64,000 nt of DNA. It comes from an uncultured Acidobacteriota bacterium. GTDB taxonomy: Bacteria; Acidobacteriota; Vicinamibacteria; Vicinamibacterales; SCN-69-37. The notes under the pieces are model-generated. The model was not told the origin of the DNA. It ran no database searches and saw nothing but the letters and a program-made list of their open reading frames with translations. The translations under genes and the position numbers were made by a program. The first letter of the stretch is position 1. Each line of letters starts with the position of its first letter. Below are positions 1 through 9,103 of this stretch, piece after piece. Where the stretch lies: positions 388,690 through 452,689 of the forward strand of contig CAVTWK010000005.1 of the NCBI GenBank assembly GCA_963738485.1, written 5' to 3'.

Positions 1-537
1 CGTCTGATAGCCCGACGGCTGCGGGTTGCTGTCGGGACCGCTCACGCCGGTGTGCGACGCGTTCAGCTCGCCGATCATTTCATTGGCCAGGTCGTAGACG
101 TCCTCGTTGGCGCCGACGTACTTGAGCAGGGGCTCGTACTTGGCCCGGATGGCGGCCCAGTCCTTGCCGTGCATCTTCTCGTCGTAGAAGCGGTACTTCA
201 TCACGCGCCACGACTCGTCGAGCACCTGGGCCCATTCCTCGCGTTCGTCCACGCGGACCGTGACCGCGACGGGGACCCGCGTGCGGCGCCGTTGTCCGGT
301 GAGTTCGAGTTGCCAGAGCTCGTTCGCCTCGGTGAAGAAGGCGCGCCGGCGATCGGTCGTCGGGGTCAGGCCCGCGAGCACGCCTGGGACCAGGCGCTGC
401 CGATCGCGGCCGTCGATACCCACAGAGAACAGCGCCGGGCCCTGATCGTCGCGCGATCGGAAGAACACCGTCCGCCCATCCTGCGAAAGAAAGTAGCTGA
501 GCACCGGCTGCGAGCCTGACGTGATGGCGACGGCGCG
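1..537 (-). CDS. tricorn-protease-like protein, C-terminal continuation (3'-partial, runs off window)
   Basis: The minus-strand frame is open from 537 to base 1 and is the same frame as the ORF ending at TGA 538-540. It translates RAVAITSGSQPVLSYFLSQDGRTVFFRSRDDQGPALFSVGIDG...WRVMKYRFYDEKMHGKDWAAIRAKYEPLLKYVG...ELNASHTGV, like the post-propeller core of tricorn/S41-type proteases. It is absent from the ORF track because it has no ATG and no stop within the window. Confidence 0.7.
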
Positions 538-2283
538 TCAATCGATGCCGTTGGTGTCCGGCACGGTCAGCGCGGCGGGCGGCTGGTTCTGGCCGCCGCG
601 TCCGCCGGCCGCCGGAGCGGCTCCGCCGCCAGCGGGATCGGCGCCCGGGCCCGCGCCGCCGCCTCGTCCGCCTGTGGCCCGCCGTTGACGCTCGCGGACG
701 AGTGGGTCCGTCGGATCCTCGGTCTGACGCGCCAGCGGCACCGCGAAGAGCTGCGTGACGCCGTCATTGCGATCGGACAGGAACAGCACGCGTGTCCCAT
801 CGGGCGCGACCATCCCCTGCGTTTCCGTCCAGGGGCTCGCGGTCACGTTGACCTCACGCTTCGTGGCGACCTCGAACAGGAACACGTCGGCATTCTGGTC
901 GGCGTCTCGCTTGGTGAAGACCAGCCACCTGCTGTCGGGTGACCAGCCGGTCACCGCATACCCACCGGCCTGGTTGAACCCGAGTTCGGTGGTCTCGCCG
1001 GTCTCGGCCACGGTCACGAACAGACGGTTGTTCCCGGTCCACGCGATCCGCGACGAATCCGGCGCCCAGCCGTCGATCGACTTGAAGGACGCGTGCGTCG
1101 TCAGCTTGCGTCGAGCACCCGTCTCGCGGTCGAAGAGCCAGATCTCCTCCTCTTTCGTCTCGTCGGATCGGTAGGTCAGCCACCGGCCGTTCGGGGAGAA
1201 CTCCTGGCCGCGCTGCCGCCAGGCGCTCGACGTCACCTGCCGCTTCTCGCCGACTTCGGGATCGGTCGGCACGAGGAAGATCTCGCCGTGGAAGTCCACG
1301 CCTGCGTAGTCGCCGTCCGGCGAGATCGCGAAGCCGTCCACGCGGTTCTGCGACGGCAGGAAGCTGACGAGGTTGGTGTTGGGATCGAACGCGAGGTCGA
1401 TCGTCACGCGCGTCGGTGTGCGCGAGCCGCTCTTGAGCGTCCAGATCTCGAACTCGTTCTCGTAGGCGATCGTGCTGCCATCCGGACTCATCGACGGAAA
1501 CTGCACGCCGTCGTCCTTGTGCGACGTGACCTGCTGCGGTTGCCCGCCCGTCGCGGCGATGCGGTAGATGTTGAAGATGCCAGACCGCTCCGACGAGAAG
1601 TAGATCTGCCCGTCATTCCCCCACATCGGGTAGACGTCCTGCGTGAAGGTCTTGTACTGCTTGAGGTCCGTGTCGGTCAGCCGCGTGATCCGCTTCGTCT
1701 TCAGGTCCTGCAGCCACACGTCATCGGACCGGTTGCCGCGATAGCCCTTGCGCCAGTAACTGCCGCCCATCCGGTTGAACACGAGGGCGGAGCCGTCCTG
1801 CTTCACCATGCCCTGCACGCCGCTGTCGATGTCGAGCGGCGTCGGCAGGCCGCCATCAATCGGCACAATCGCCAGTGGGCTGCGCCACGGGCTGATGCCG
1901 GACTGCGTGGTGATCAGGATGCCCTGGCCGTCGGGTGTCCAGTTGAGGACCGTGTCCGCGGCCGTCGAGAAGGTGAGCTGCTTCGGCTCGCCACCCGACG
2001 CGGGGATCAGGAAGACGTCGGTGTTCCCGAAGCGGTCGCTGGTGAACGCGACCCACCGCCCATCGGGCGACAGGCGCGGGAACGTGTCGCGCGCCACGTG
2101 CGCGGTCAGTCGCACGGGACTCGATCCGTTCTCGTTCGCGATCCAGATATCGCCGTGGTAGCTGAACACCAGCTTGCCCTGGCTGACGTGCGGGTAGCGG
2201 GCAAACTTGATGGGCTCGGCCGTAGCCGGAACGGCCGCCAGGGCGGCCAGAACGAGGGACAGCAGCAGGGCAGGGATGCGCAT
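538..2283 (-). CDS. periplasmic TolB/tricorn-type beta-propeller protein (N-terminal part of a tricorn protease homolog, ends at an in-frame TGA)
   Basis: ATG at 2283 gives the signal peptide MRIPALLLSLVLAALAAVPATA. Propeller-blade motifs repeat (SPDGRWVAFTSDRFGNTDVFLI, SPDGSTIAYE, SPNGRWLTYRSD, SPDSRWLVFTKRD). The upstream 95 codons of the ORF-track call look non-coding. Confidence 0.85.
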   Translation of the reverse strand: MRIPALLLSLVLAALAAVPATAEPIKFARYPHVSQGKLVFSYHGDIWIANENGSSPVRLTAHVARDTFPRLSPDGRWVAFTSDRFGNTDVFLIPASGGEPKQLTFSTAADTVLNWTPDGQGILITTQSGISPWRSPLAIVPIDGGLPTPLDIDSGVQGMVKQDGSALVFNRMGGSYWRKGYRGNRSDDVWLQDLKTKRITRLTDTDLKQYKTFTQDVYPMWGNDGQIYFSSERSGIFNIYRIAATGGQPQQVTSHKDDGVQFPSMSPDGSTIAYENEFEIWTLKSGSRTPTRVTIDLAFDPNTNLVSFLPSQNRVDGFAISPDGDYAGVDFHGEIFLVPTDPEVGEKRQVTSSAWRQRGQEFSPNGRWLTYRSDETKEEEIWLFDRETGARRKLTTHASFKSIDGWAPDSSRIAWTGNNRLFVTVAETGETTELGFNQAGGYAVTGWSPDSRWLVFTKRDADQNADVFLFEVATKREVNVTASPWTETQGMVAPDGTRVLFLSDRNDGVTQLFAVPLARQTEDPTDPLVRERQRRATGGRGGGAGPGADPAGGGAAPAAGGRGGQNQPPAALTVPDTNGID

Positions 2284-2371
2284 CGGGGCTCCTCGCGTCG
2301 GGGACGTGGCGCAGAGTGTAGCAGGAGGCCCGGTATACTGAAGTCCTCCCGTTCGTGCCATGGAGGACCGT

Positions 2372-2575
2372 ATGGCTATCGCCAAAGTGACCGAGATCAT
2401 CGCCTCGTCCGAGAAGAGTTTCGAAGACGCCGTCCAGCAGGGGATCGCGCGCGCCAGCAAGACGCTCAAGGGCATCAAGGGCGCCTGGGTGGACAACCAG
2501 AAGGTGATCGTCGACAAGGGCAAGATCGTCGAGTACCGCGTGAACCTGAAGATCACCTTCGTGCTCAAGGACTAG
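2372..2575 (+). CDS. dodecin-family flavin-binding protein
   Basis: The 67-aa product MAIAKVTEIIASSEKSFEDAVQQGIARASKTLKGIKGAWVDNQKVIVDKGKIVEYRVNLKITFVLKD fits the dodecin length and pattern. The alternative start at 2360 is also possible. Confidence 0.8.
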   Translation: MAIAKVTEIIASSEKSFEDAVQQGIARASKTLKGIKGAWVDNQKVIVDKGKIVEYRVNLKITFVLKD

Positions 2576-2588
2576 GACAACGCTGCCC

Positions 2589-3194
2589 GTGCGCCCGCGC
2601 GTGCTGATCCCGCTCGCCTGCCTCGTGCTCTTCGCGGCCGCTGATTCCTTCACGCGGTCCGCGAGGCGCGAGGCGGCTGCGCGTCGGGCGGCCTCTCCCG
2701 AGGCGGCCTCGGCGCGGTGGCTCGCGCAGCCGTACCCGCTCTCGGATTTTCCAGCCACCGATCTCGACGGGCGGGACTGGTCGCCATCCACCTGGCGAGG
2801 CAAGGTCGCGGTGGTCAACTTCTGGGCGACCTGGTGCGGGTCGTGCACGGTCGAGATGCCCGACCTTGTCGCGATCCAGCGCCGCCACGCCGACGACCTC
2901 GTGGTGCTCGGCATCGCCCAGGACGAGTCGCCTGTCGAGAACATCCGCCGGTTTGCCGCAGCCATGCGTGTCAACTACCCCGTCGTCCTGGGGCGATGGG
3001 AGATCGAGACCGCCTTCAGCGAGGTCCTCGTGCTGCCGACCACCTACCTGGTCGATCGCGCGGGTCGCGTGATGGTGCGGTATACGGGCCGGTTCGACGC
3101 GGAGGCTTTCGAACGGGACGTCGAGCGCCTCGTGGCTGACCGAGACGTGGCGGCCGCTGAGTTGCGCTCGTCCGGACTTCCTGCACCGCGCTGA
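2589..3194 (+). CDS. TlpA-family thiol:disulfide oxidoreductase (thioredoxin fold, secreted)
   Basis: Signal peptide MRPRVLIPLACLVLFAAA, plus a redoxin block VVNFWATWCGSCTVEMP with a CxxC active site. Confidence 0.85.
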   Translation: MRPRVLIPLACLVLFAAADSFTRSARREAAARRAASPEAASARWLAQPYPLSDFPATDLDGRDWSPSTWRGKVAVVNFWATWCGSCTVEMPDLVAIQRRHADDLVVLGIAQDESPVENIRRFAAAMRVNYPVVLGRWEIETAFSEVLVLPTTYLVDRAGRVMVRYTGRFDAEAFERDVERLVADRDVAAAELRSSGLPAPR

Positions 3195-3214
3195 ACGCTG
3201 CTCTACCGCCACAC

Positions 3215-6200
3215 GTGTTGGGGTCACCTGCCCTGACACAGGCGACGGTTATGCTACTAGCCGAGATGCGGTTCCTTGGCGAAGCGGTCGCCCTTTCCCC
3301 GTCTGACATCTCGAACTTTCTCTCCTGTCGCCATCGCGCCGGGTTGGACCTGGCAGTAGCGTCCAGACAGCTTGTGAGGCCGGTCTCCGATGACCCCTAT
3401 CTCGCGCTGTTGCGCAAGCGCGGGGACGATCACGAGCACGCTTACGTCGCATTCCTCCGCGCGCAGGGGAAGGGCGTGATTGACCTGAAGGACGTCGACG
3501 ATGCCGCGGAGCGAACGCGCCAGGCAATGCGAGGCGGCGCCGAGGTCGTCGTTCAGGCCCGCTTCGAGCAGGCAGGCCTGGCCGGCTTCGCGGACATTCT
3601 GCTGCGCGTCGATCGTCCCAGCGATCTTGGGACGTGGTCGTACGAGGTCCAGGACACGAAGCTCGCGAGAGACACGAAGGGCGGCACCGTCCTGCAGCTC
3701 TCGGCCTATTCGGCCCTCCTCGCGACGACTCAAGGTCTGGTGCCCGAACGATTTCAGGTCGTCACGCCCGGGATTGGCGAGGCGTTTGCCGTTCACGACT
3801 ATCGCGTCGAGCAATATGCCGCCTACTACCGCATGGTGCTGGCCGTTCTTCGCGCAGAGCTGGCGCGAGGGCAGGAGGCGATCCTCGCGGCGTACTACCC
3901 AGAACCTGTCGAGGCGTGCCCGCTGTGCGTGTGGGAAGGGCGCTGCGTCGGCATTCGCCGCAAGGACGACCACCTGTCGTTCGTCGCCGGCGCGGCACGC
4001 ACGCAGCGCGTAGAACTAGTCTCGCAAGGCTACGGCACCTTGGCCGTGGCCGCGGCCATGCCGGTCCCCGTGACCTTCACGCCCGCCCGCGGCGCTCGGC
4101 AGACCTACGACCGTCTCGGCCATCAGGCGCGCGTGCAGCACGTCCAACGCACTACCCGAACGCCTGTGGTTGAACGCCTGCCTGTGCAGCCGACCGAGGG
4201 GCTTGCCCGCCTGCCGCTGCCGTCGAGGGGTGACGTCTTCCTCGATCTCGAGGGCGCGCCATTCGCCCGCGACGACGGACGTGAGTTCTTGTTCGGCGTG
4301 TGGAGCAATGGAACCTATCGCGCGTGGTGGGCCATGGACGACATCGAAGAGCAGGCCGCCTTCGAGGCCGTGATCGATCTGATCATCGACGGCTGGGCCC
4401 GCGAGTCTGACATGCACGTCTACCACTTCAACCACTACGAGCCGACCGCCTTCAAGAAGTTGATGGGTCGGCATGTGACGCGCGGACCGGAGCTCGACCG
4501 CCTGCTTCGCGCGGACCGATTCGTCGACCTCTACCCGATCGTGCGTCAAGCCGTGCGCGCCGGCGTGGAGAGCTACTCGATTAAGCAACTCGAGCAGTAC
4601 ACGGGCTACGTCCGGCGCGTCTCGCTCGATCGCGTGCACCACGCGCTGTTCGCCGTCGAGCAGGCATTCGACGCGCGTGTCGCCGCGGCCCTTCCCGACG
4701 AGATCAAGAACCTGGTCCAGGGCTACAACGAGGACGACTGCCGATCGACGGAATCCTTGCGGGACTGGCTCGAGCGGCTGCGCGCCGAATGCGAGCGCGA
4801 GGGCATCCCGGTGCCCAGGCCCGGGGCCGCGCCCGAGGCGGCTGACAAACCGGTGCCCCCGGTCCAGCAACAGGCGCTCGCACAGCGCGGCCGACTGCTC
4901 GCGGCGGTCGAGCCCGGAGCCAGCGATCCGGGTCACCCGCAGCATGTCACGTGGCTGTTGGCCTACCTGATCGACTGGCACCGCCGTGAAGTCAATGCCG
5001 AGTGGTGGGAGTATTTCCGCCTGAAGGATCTGCCCGAAGACGAACTCCTCGATGAGCGGAAGGCCGTCTCTGGACTTCAGTTCGTCAGCCAGGTCCTTGC
5101 CGTAACCAACAAGAAAACCGGCAAGCCTACCGGTTCAGTGATTCATCGCTACGCCTATCCCGCGCAGGACTTGGAGCTCAAGGCCGACGCGACGTTGAAG
5201 CTCCAAAGTGACGAGACGTTCGGCACAGTCGATCGCCTCGATCGGGGGGCCCGGACGATCGACATCAAAAAGGGCCGGGCCATGGTCGATCGTCACCCGT
5301 CGTGTGCCTTTGCGTCAGAGGTCCGCTCCATCGACGAGTTGCAGACGTCGGTTATGCGCCTGGCAGAGCGGACGCTCGAAGGATCTGACGAGTGTGCGCT
5401 GGCGCTCCTTCGTCGCCAGGGGCCGCGGCTGCGTGCCGGCGCCTTCGCGCCCGCCGCGGGCGAGACCGCGCAGGAGTTCGCCATCCGGGTCGCTACGCAA
5501 TTGGACCGCACGACCCTGGCGATACAAGGCCCCCCGGGTGCCGGTAAGACCTTCGTGGGTGCCCAGATGATTCTCGCGCTCGTGAGGGCGGGGAAGAAGG
5601 TGGGCGTGGCGGCGACCAGCCATAAGGTCATTCGCAACCTGCTCGACGAGATCGTCACGCAGGCGGGCGCCACCAGACAGGTGGTCAGCGTTGGTGTCAA
5701 ACCGGGGGAGCCGAGCCCCGATGCTGGCGCGGTCCTCGAGTTCCACGACAACCAGACGCCCCTGGCCGCTATTGCGAGCGGTCAGATCGACGTGTTCGGT
5801 GCCACGAGGTTCTTCTGGGGACGCGAGCAATCCGCCGGTGCGGTTGACGTGCTGTTCATCGATGAGGCGGGGCAGGTGTCGCTTGCCGATGTCCTTGCCA
5901 TGGCAGCGGCAGCCGACAGCCTGGTGTTGCTCGGTGACCCGCAGCAGCTCGATCAACCACAGAAAGCCAGCCACCCCGACGGCGTCGGCGTCTCGGCACT
6001 GGAACACGTGTTGGGCGGTTTCGAGACCATGCCCCTGGACCGCGGCATCTTCCTGCCGACCACATGGCGCATGTCACCCACACTCACGGCCTTCACGTCG
6101 GAGGTGTTCTACGACCGCAAGCTCGTCGCCAAAGCGGGACTCGAGAGGCAGGCACTGCACGGGACCAGCCGGTTCGATGGGTCAAACTTGTGGGTGCTGC

Positions 6201-6673
6201 CCGTTGAACACGAGGGGAACCAGAGCGCCTCGATGGAAGAGGTCGAGGCGATCGGCGCCCTGGTCGATGAGTTGATCGCCGATGGCGCGCAGTGGATCGG
6301 GCCAGACGGCGTGGCCAGACCGCTGACCGGCTCCGACCTTCGCGTCGTGGCCCCGTTTAACGCGCAAGTCAACCGTCTCGCCGAGCGGCTGGCTGGCAAG
6401 CATGTGCCTGTCGGAACAGTTGACAAGTTCCAGGGGCAAACGGCCGCTGTCGTGATCTATTCGATGACGACGTCGCGGGCTGAGGACGCGCCGAGGGGCA
6501 TGGAGTTCCTGTACAGCTTGAACCGGTTGAACGTCGCGACGTCACGCGCGCGCTGCGCAGTGTTCCTTGTGGCGGCTCCGAGGCTCTTTGAACCGGCCTG
6601 CCACACGCCTCGGCAGATGCAGCTTGCCAGCGCGCTCTGCCGCTACCGCGAGCTGGCTACCGTCGTCCGTTGA
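3215..6673 (+). CDS. RecB-like (TM0106-type) nuclease fused to an SF1 DNA2/Upf1-like helicase
   Basis: The N-terminus is a PD-(D/E)xK-like region with a Cys cluster (CPLCVWEGRC) and an RNase-H-like block (VFLDLEGAPF...YHFNHYEPTAFKKL). The C-terminus carries helicase motifs GPPGAGKTF, VLFIDEAGQ and DKFQGQTAAVVIYS. The start may be the internal ATG near 3266. Confidence 0.85.
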   Translation: MLGSPALTQATVMLLAEMRFLGEAVALSPSDISNFLSCRHRAGLDLAVASRQLVRPVSDDPYLALLRKRGDDHEHAYVAFLRAQGKGVIDLKDVDDAAERTRQAMRGGAEVVVQARFEQAGLAGFADILLRVDRPSDLGTWSYEVQDTKLARDTKGGTVLQLSAYSALLATTQGLVPERFQVVTPGIGEAFAVHDYRVEQYAAYYRMVLAVLRAELARGQEAILAAYYPEPVEACPLCVWEGRCVGIRRKDDHLSFVAGAARTQRVELVSQGYGTLAVAAAMPVPVTFTPARGARQTYDRLGHQARVQHVQRTTRTPVVERLPVQPTEGLARLPLPSRGDVFLDLEGAPFARDDGREFLFGVWSNGTYRAWWAMDDIEEQAAFEAVIDLIIDGWARESDMHVYHFNHYEPTAFKKLMGRHVTRGPELDRLLRADRFVDLYPIVRQAVRAGVESYSIKQLEQYTGYVRRVSLDRVHHALFAVEQAFDARVAAALPDEIKNLVQGYNEDDCRSTESLRDWLERLRAECEREGIPVPRPGAAPEAADKPVPPVQQQALAQRGRLLAAVEPGASDPGHPQHVTWLLAYLIDWHRREVNAEWWEYFRLKDLPEDELLDERKAVSGLQFVSQVLAVTNKKTGKPTGSVIHRYAYPAQDLELKADATLKLQSDETFGTVDRLDRGARTIDIKKGRAMVDRHPSCAFASEVRSIDELQTSVMRLAERTLEGSDECALALLRRQGPRLRAGAFAPAAGETAQEFAIRVATQLDRTTLAIQGPPGAGKTFVGAQMILALVRAGKKVGVAATSHKVIRNLLDEIVTQAGATRQVVSVGVKPGEPSPDAGAVLEFHDNQTPLAAIASGQIDVFGATRFFWGREQSAGAVDVLFIDEAGQVSLADVLAMAAAADSLVLLGDPQQLDQPQKASHPDGVGVSALEHVLGGFETMPLDRGIFLPTTWRMSPTLTAFTSEVFYDRKLVAKAGLERQALHGTSRFDGSNLWVLPVEHEGNQSASMEEVEAIGALVDELIADGAQWIGPDGVARPLTGSDLRVVAPFNAQVNRLAERLAGKHVPVGTVDKFQGQTAAVVIYSMTTSRAEDAPRGMEFLYSLNRLNVATSRARCAVFLVAAPRLFEPACHTPRQMQLASALCRYRELATVVR

Positions 6674-6834
6674 ACGCGAGGTTCGACACCTGGCCGGTCG
6701 ACACATCGAACTCGGCGCCCCTCAGGCGTCTGCGCGGCCGCACGGGCGACAACGACCCAGCCGGCGATCAGCAGGAGTGTCAGCGAAGAGCGGCGAGGTG
6801 TCGGCATGTCAGGCCGTATCTATCCCGGAACTGC

Positions 6835-7569
6835 CTACCGGACCGGCTTCCGGAACCCCGCCTCGTCAACCGGCGCGTTGTGCTTCACCTCGGCGAACTG
6901 AATCACGGCCGTGAAAGTTGCGGTGAGCTGGCGGATGTTGAAGGCGCGCTTGACCCCGTCGACCACGCGATAGTCGGTGAAGTACGCATCGACTTCGGTC
7001 GGGCCCTGCGGGGTCGTGCGCGTTGTCACCTGGCGTAACAGGAGACCGGTCTCGGTGTCGAAATACATCCGCACGGGCGTGCCGTTGGGCGAGGTGGCCT
7101 CGAGGACGTCGGCGTCGCGAGTGGCGACCTTCTCCCGAGGCTTGAGGACGATGGACGGGTAGATGGTGGCGAGCCGCAGTTCGCGCGGGAAGACGGCGGC
7201 CACGCGCGCCTCGGCCAACTCGGGCCCGGCACGCTCGCGCAGGCCGGCCTGCGGGTTGTCCTCCCAGGCGGTCGTCCCGTCGAAGCCTTCGCGCGTGGTG
7301 CCGATACCGGCCAGCTCCACGATGCTGGCGTAGAGCGCCGGCGACTTCTGCGTGATCTGGATCGTGCCGGAGATGCCGAAATCGGCGATCTCAATCGTGC
7401 CGCGCCCAGTGGCTGAGGTCAGCTTCCCGAGGGCGTCGCGTCCGCCGACGGCCGCGATGTAGCGCTCGAGCACGGCCGTCGCCGTTCCCGGCGCCGGCGT
7501 TTGTGCTGAGAGCCCCAGATGCGCCACCACCGCCACGACCAGCGCCGCCCCCGCAAGACGTGTTCGCAT
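6835..7569 (-). CDS. secreted hypothetical protein (LolA/lipoprotein-sorting-like by pattern)
   Basis: Signal peptide MRTRLAGAALVVAVVAHLGLSAQ. The frame is intact and high in GC3. The functional label rests on general resemblance only. Confidence 0.6.
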   Translation of the reverse strand: MRTRLAGAALVVAVVAHLGLSAQTPAPGTATAVLERYIAAVGGRDALGKLTSATGRGTIEIADFGISGTIQITQKSPALYASIVELAGIGTTREGFDGTTAWEDNPQAGLRERAGPELAEARVAAVFPRELRLATIYPSIVLKPREKVATRDADVLEATSPNGTPVRMYFDTETGLLLRQVTTRTTPQGPTEVDAYFTDYRVVDGVKRAFNIRQLTATFTAVIQFAEVKHNAPVDEAGFRKPVR

Positions 7570-7577
7570 GACCCAAG

Positions 7578-7648
7578 TCTAGAATCACCTCGGAGGTAAT
7601 TGCTACCAAGGTTGTCATCGTCGGCCCGACCACCTCCGAGGTCCTAGA
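7578..7648. promoter_or_regulatory. inverted repeat in divergent intergenic region (possible operator or structured leader)
   Basis: TCTAGAATCACCTCGGAGGT ...34 nt... ACCTCCGAGGTCCTAGA. It shares the ACCTC(C/G)GAGGT 11-mer with 35378 and 37901/37967. Confidence 0.35.
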
Positions 7649-7656
7649 ATGGAGGG

Positions 7657-8297
7657 ATGTCGAAGGCACTGCTGCGGCTGTTCGTCATCCTTGTCGCCCT
7701 TGGCGGCTTCGCGTACCTGTTCCTGCGGTCCGCGACAGGGAAGCCGTGCGGAGCCCTACACGGTCACGCAGGCGGACCTCACGGGATGGAAGCTGGAGGC
7801 GGTGCCCGACGGCGACCGGCGTCGAGCCGGTGCTGACGCTGCGGCACTCGGGAGACTTCGTGCAGCGGTTCTTCCAGCAGATGTTCAAGCGTGCGATGGA
7901 GTCCCTGAGCGCGCCGCCGGCGACCGGACTGCCCCTGCTGCTCAGGAGCGAGTTCGATCAGGCGTTCGCGAGTCGGACCACCCTCGAGGCCCTGCTCGGG
8001 GTCGCGCGGGATGCGGGCCTCGGACAGGCCCGGATCGAGCCGCGATGCGTCGCGTATCGTCGCATCAGCGAGCCGGGCGCGACGCGCCAGCTCTACGTCG
8101 CGTCCTTCGACGTCCCGGGGTTCTCGCGATTCCGCCAGGCGCTCGCCGCGATGCTCGATGGCGCCTCAGGCACTGGCTACGACCCCGCCGCCCTGAGTCC
8201 CGTGGTGCTCGTCGCCACGACGCACCCCGAGCTGGCCCGCTGGCTGCCACTCCGGCTGGCCGACGAGGACTGCGTCGCGCCGCTGCAGGTCCAGTAG
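7657..8297 (+). pseudogene. membrane-anchored hypothetical protein, frameshifted as assembled
   Basis: ATG 7657 gives the TM anchor MSKALLRLFVILVALGGFAYLFL. Protein-like sequence continues in the next frame (AEPYTVTQADLTGWKLEAVPDGD), then in the next (VEPVLTLRHSGDFVQRFFQQMFKRAMESL... to the stop at 8297). It needs 1-nt corrections near 7746 and 7816. Confidence 0.6.
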
Positions 8298-8453
8298 GGT
8301 TAGACCGGGGGCTGACCCCATGGTCCGGCGACTTCAGCGTTTCTTCAGGCGGCGCTCACGACTCGACCCGCGGGCAGGTCCTACTGTGCACCGAGAGGTG
8401 CCCAATGTCCCTGATTCCCCGTCGTCTCACCCGTTCCGTTCGCCCCGTCTGTC

Positions 8454-8978
8454 TTGTCGCTGACCGGCCTCACGCTGCTCGCGTCCAGCCTCGCCGCACC
8501 GGCGGCGGCCCAGACTTCCGGGCCCGCGCCCATTCCGCCCCGCGTCACCCGGACCATCGACTTGTCCGGGCCGCGATTCGGGTTGACCATGCTCAGTCCC
8601 GGCAATGTCGAAGCGCTCAAAGAACGCGGATACGTCGTTCGCCCGCTGATCTCACAGTTCGGCTGGCAATTCGAGCGTCGGTTCTACACCAATGGTGACG
8701 GCGTCACCGTCCTCACCGAGTGGGTCCCACTCCTCTCTGGTCTCGAGCAGGGCGTGGCACTGCCGAGCCTGAACTGGATCGTCGGTATGCGGACGGCGAC
8801 CGGCACGGAGTTCGGCATCGGGCCCAACATCACGCCAATGGGAGTGGGGCTGGTCGTCGTTGGTGGCGTGACCGTCCGATCGGGGGCGATCAACGTGCCG
8901 CTGAACTTCGCCGTAGCCTCGTCGAAGTCCGGCGCGCGCGTGACGATCCTGACGGGCTTCAACCTGCGGCGACGTTGA
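8454..8978 (+). CDS. secreted/outer-membrane hypothetical protein
   Basis: A TTG start gives LSLTGLTLLASSLAAPAAAQ. An ATG at 8405 in the preceding frame (MSLIPRRLTRSVRPV) would supply a proper charged n-region if one base near 8450 is extra. The C-terminal half is rich in Gly/Val beta-strand-like sequence. Confidence 0.6.
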   Translation: MSLTGLTLLASSLAAPAAAQTSGPAPIPPRVTRTIDLSGPRFGLTMLSPGNVEALKERGYVVRPLISQFGWQFERRFYTNGDGVTVLTEWVPLLSGLEQGVALPSLNWIVGMRTATGTEFGIGPNITPMGVGLVVVGGVTVRSGAINVPLNFAVASSKSGARVTILTGFNLRRR

Positions 8979-9020
8979 CCCGCCTTCGCAGGGCTGCTCG
9001 CGCCCTGCTTCGGCGGGCAA

Positions 9021-9086
9021 GCCCGCCATGCCGGCGGTTCGGCCGGCTTCGGCGCAGAGGCCCGTCATGCCGGCGGTTCGGCCGGC
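9021..9086. repeat. 39-bp-spaced direct repeat (2 copies)
   Basis: gcccgccatgccggcggttcggccggc and gcccgtcatgccggcggttcggccggc. Confidence 0.7.
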
Positions 9087-9103
9087 GAAGGCGGGCACGC
9101 CCG

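Noticed and set aside
538-540. Selenocysteine decoding of the in-frame TGA in the tricorn-like gene.
   Set aside because: There is no convincing SECIS-like stem-loop in the 40-60 nt downstream. The position is not a catalytic Cys site in this protein family. A nonsense change or base-call error is simpler. The question remains open in the findings.
6643-6807. A small minus-strand ORF with a signal-peptide-like start (MPTPRRSSLTLLLIAGWVVVARAAAQ...) overlapping the 3' end of the nuclease-helicase gene.
   Set aside because: It is under 60 aa. GC3 collapses after the hydrophobic segment unless another frame change is invoked. There is no recognisable domain, so the evidence is too weak to call a gene.
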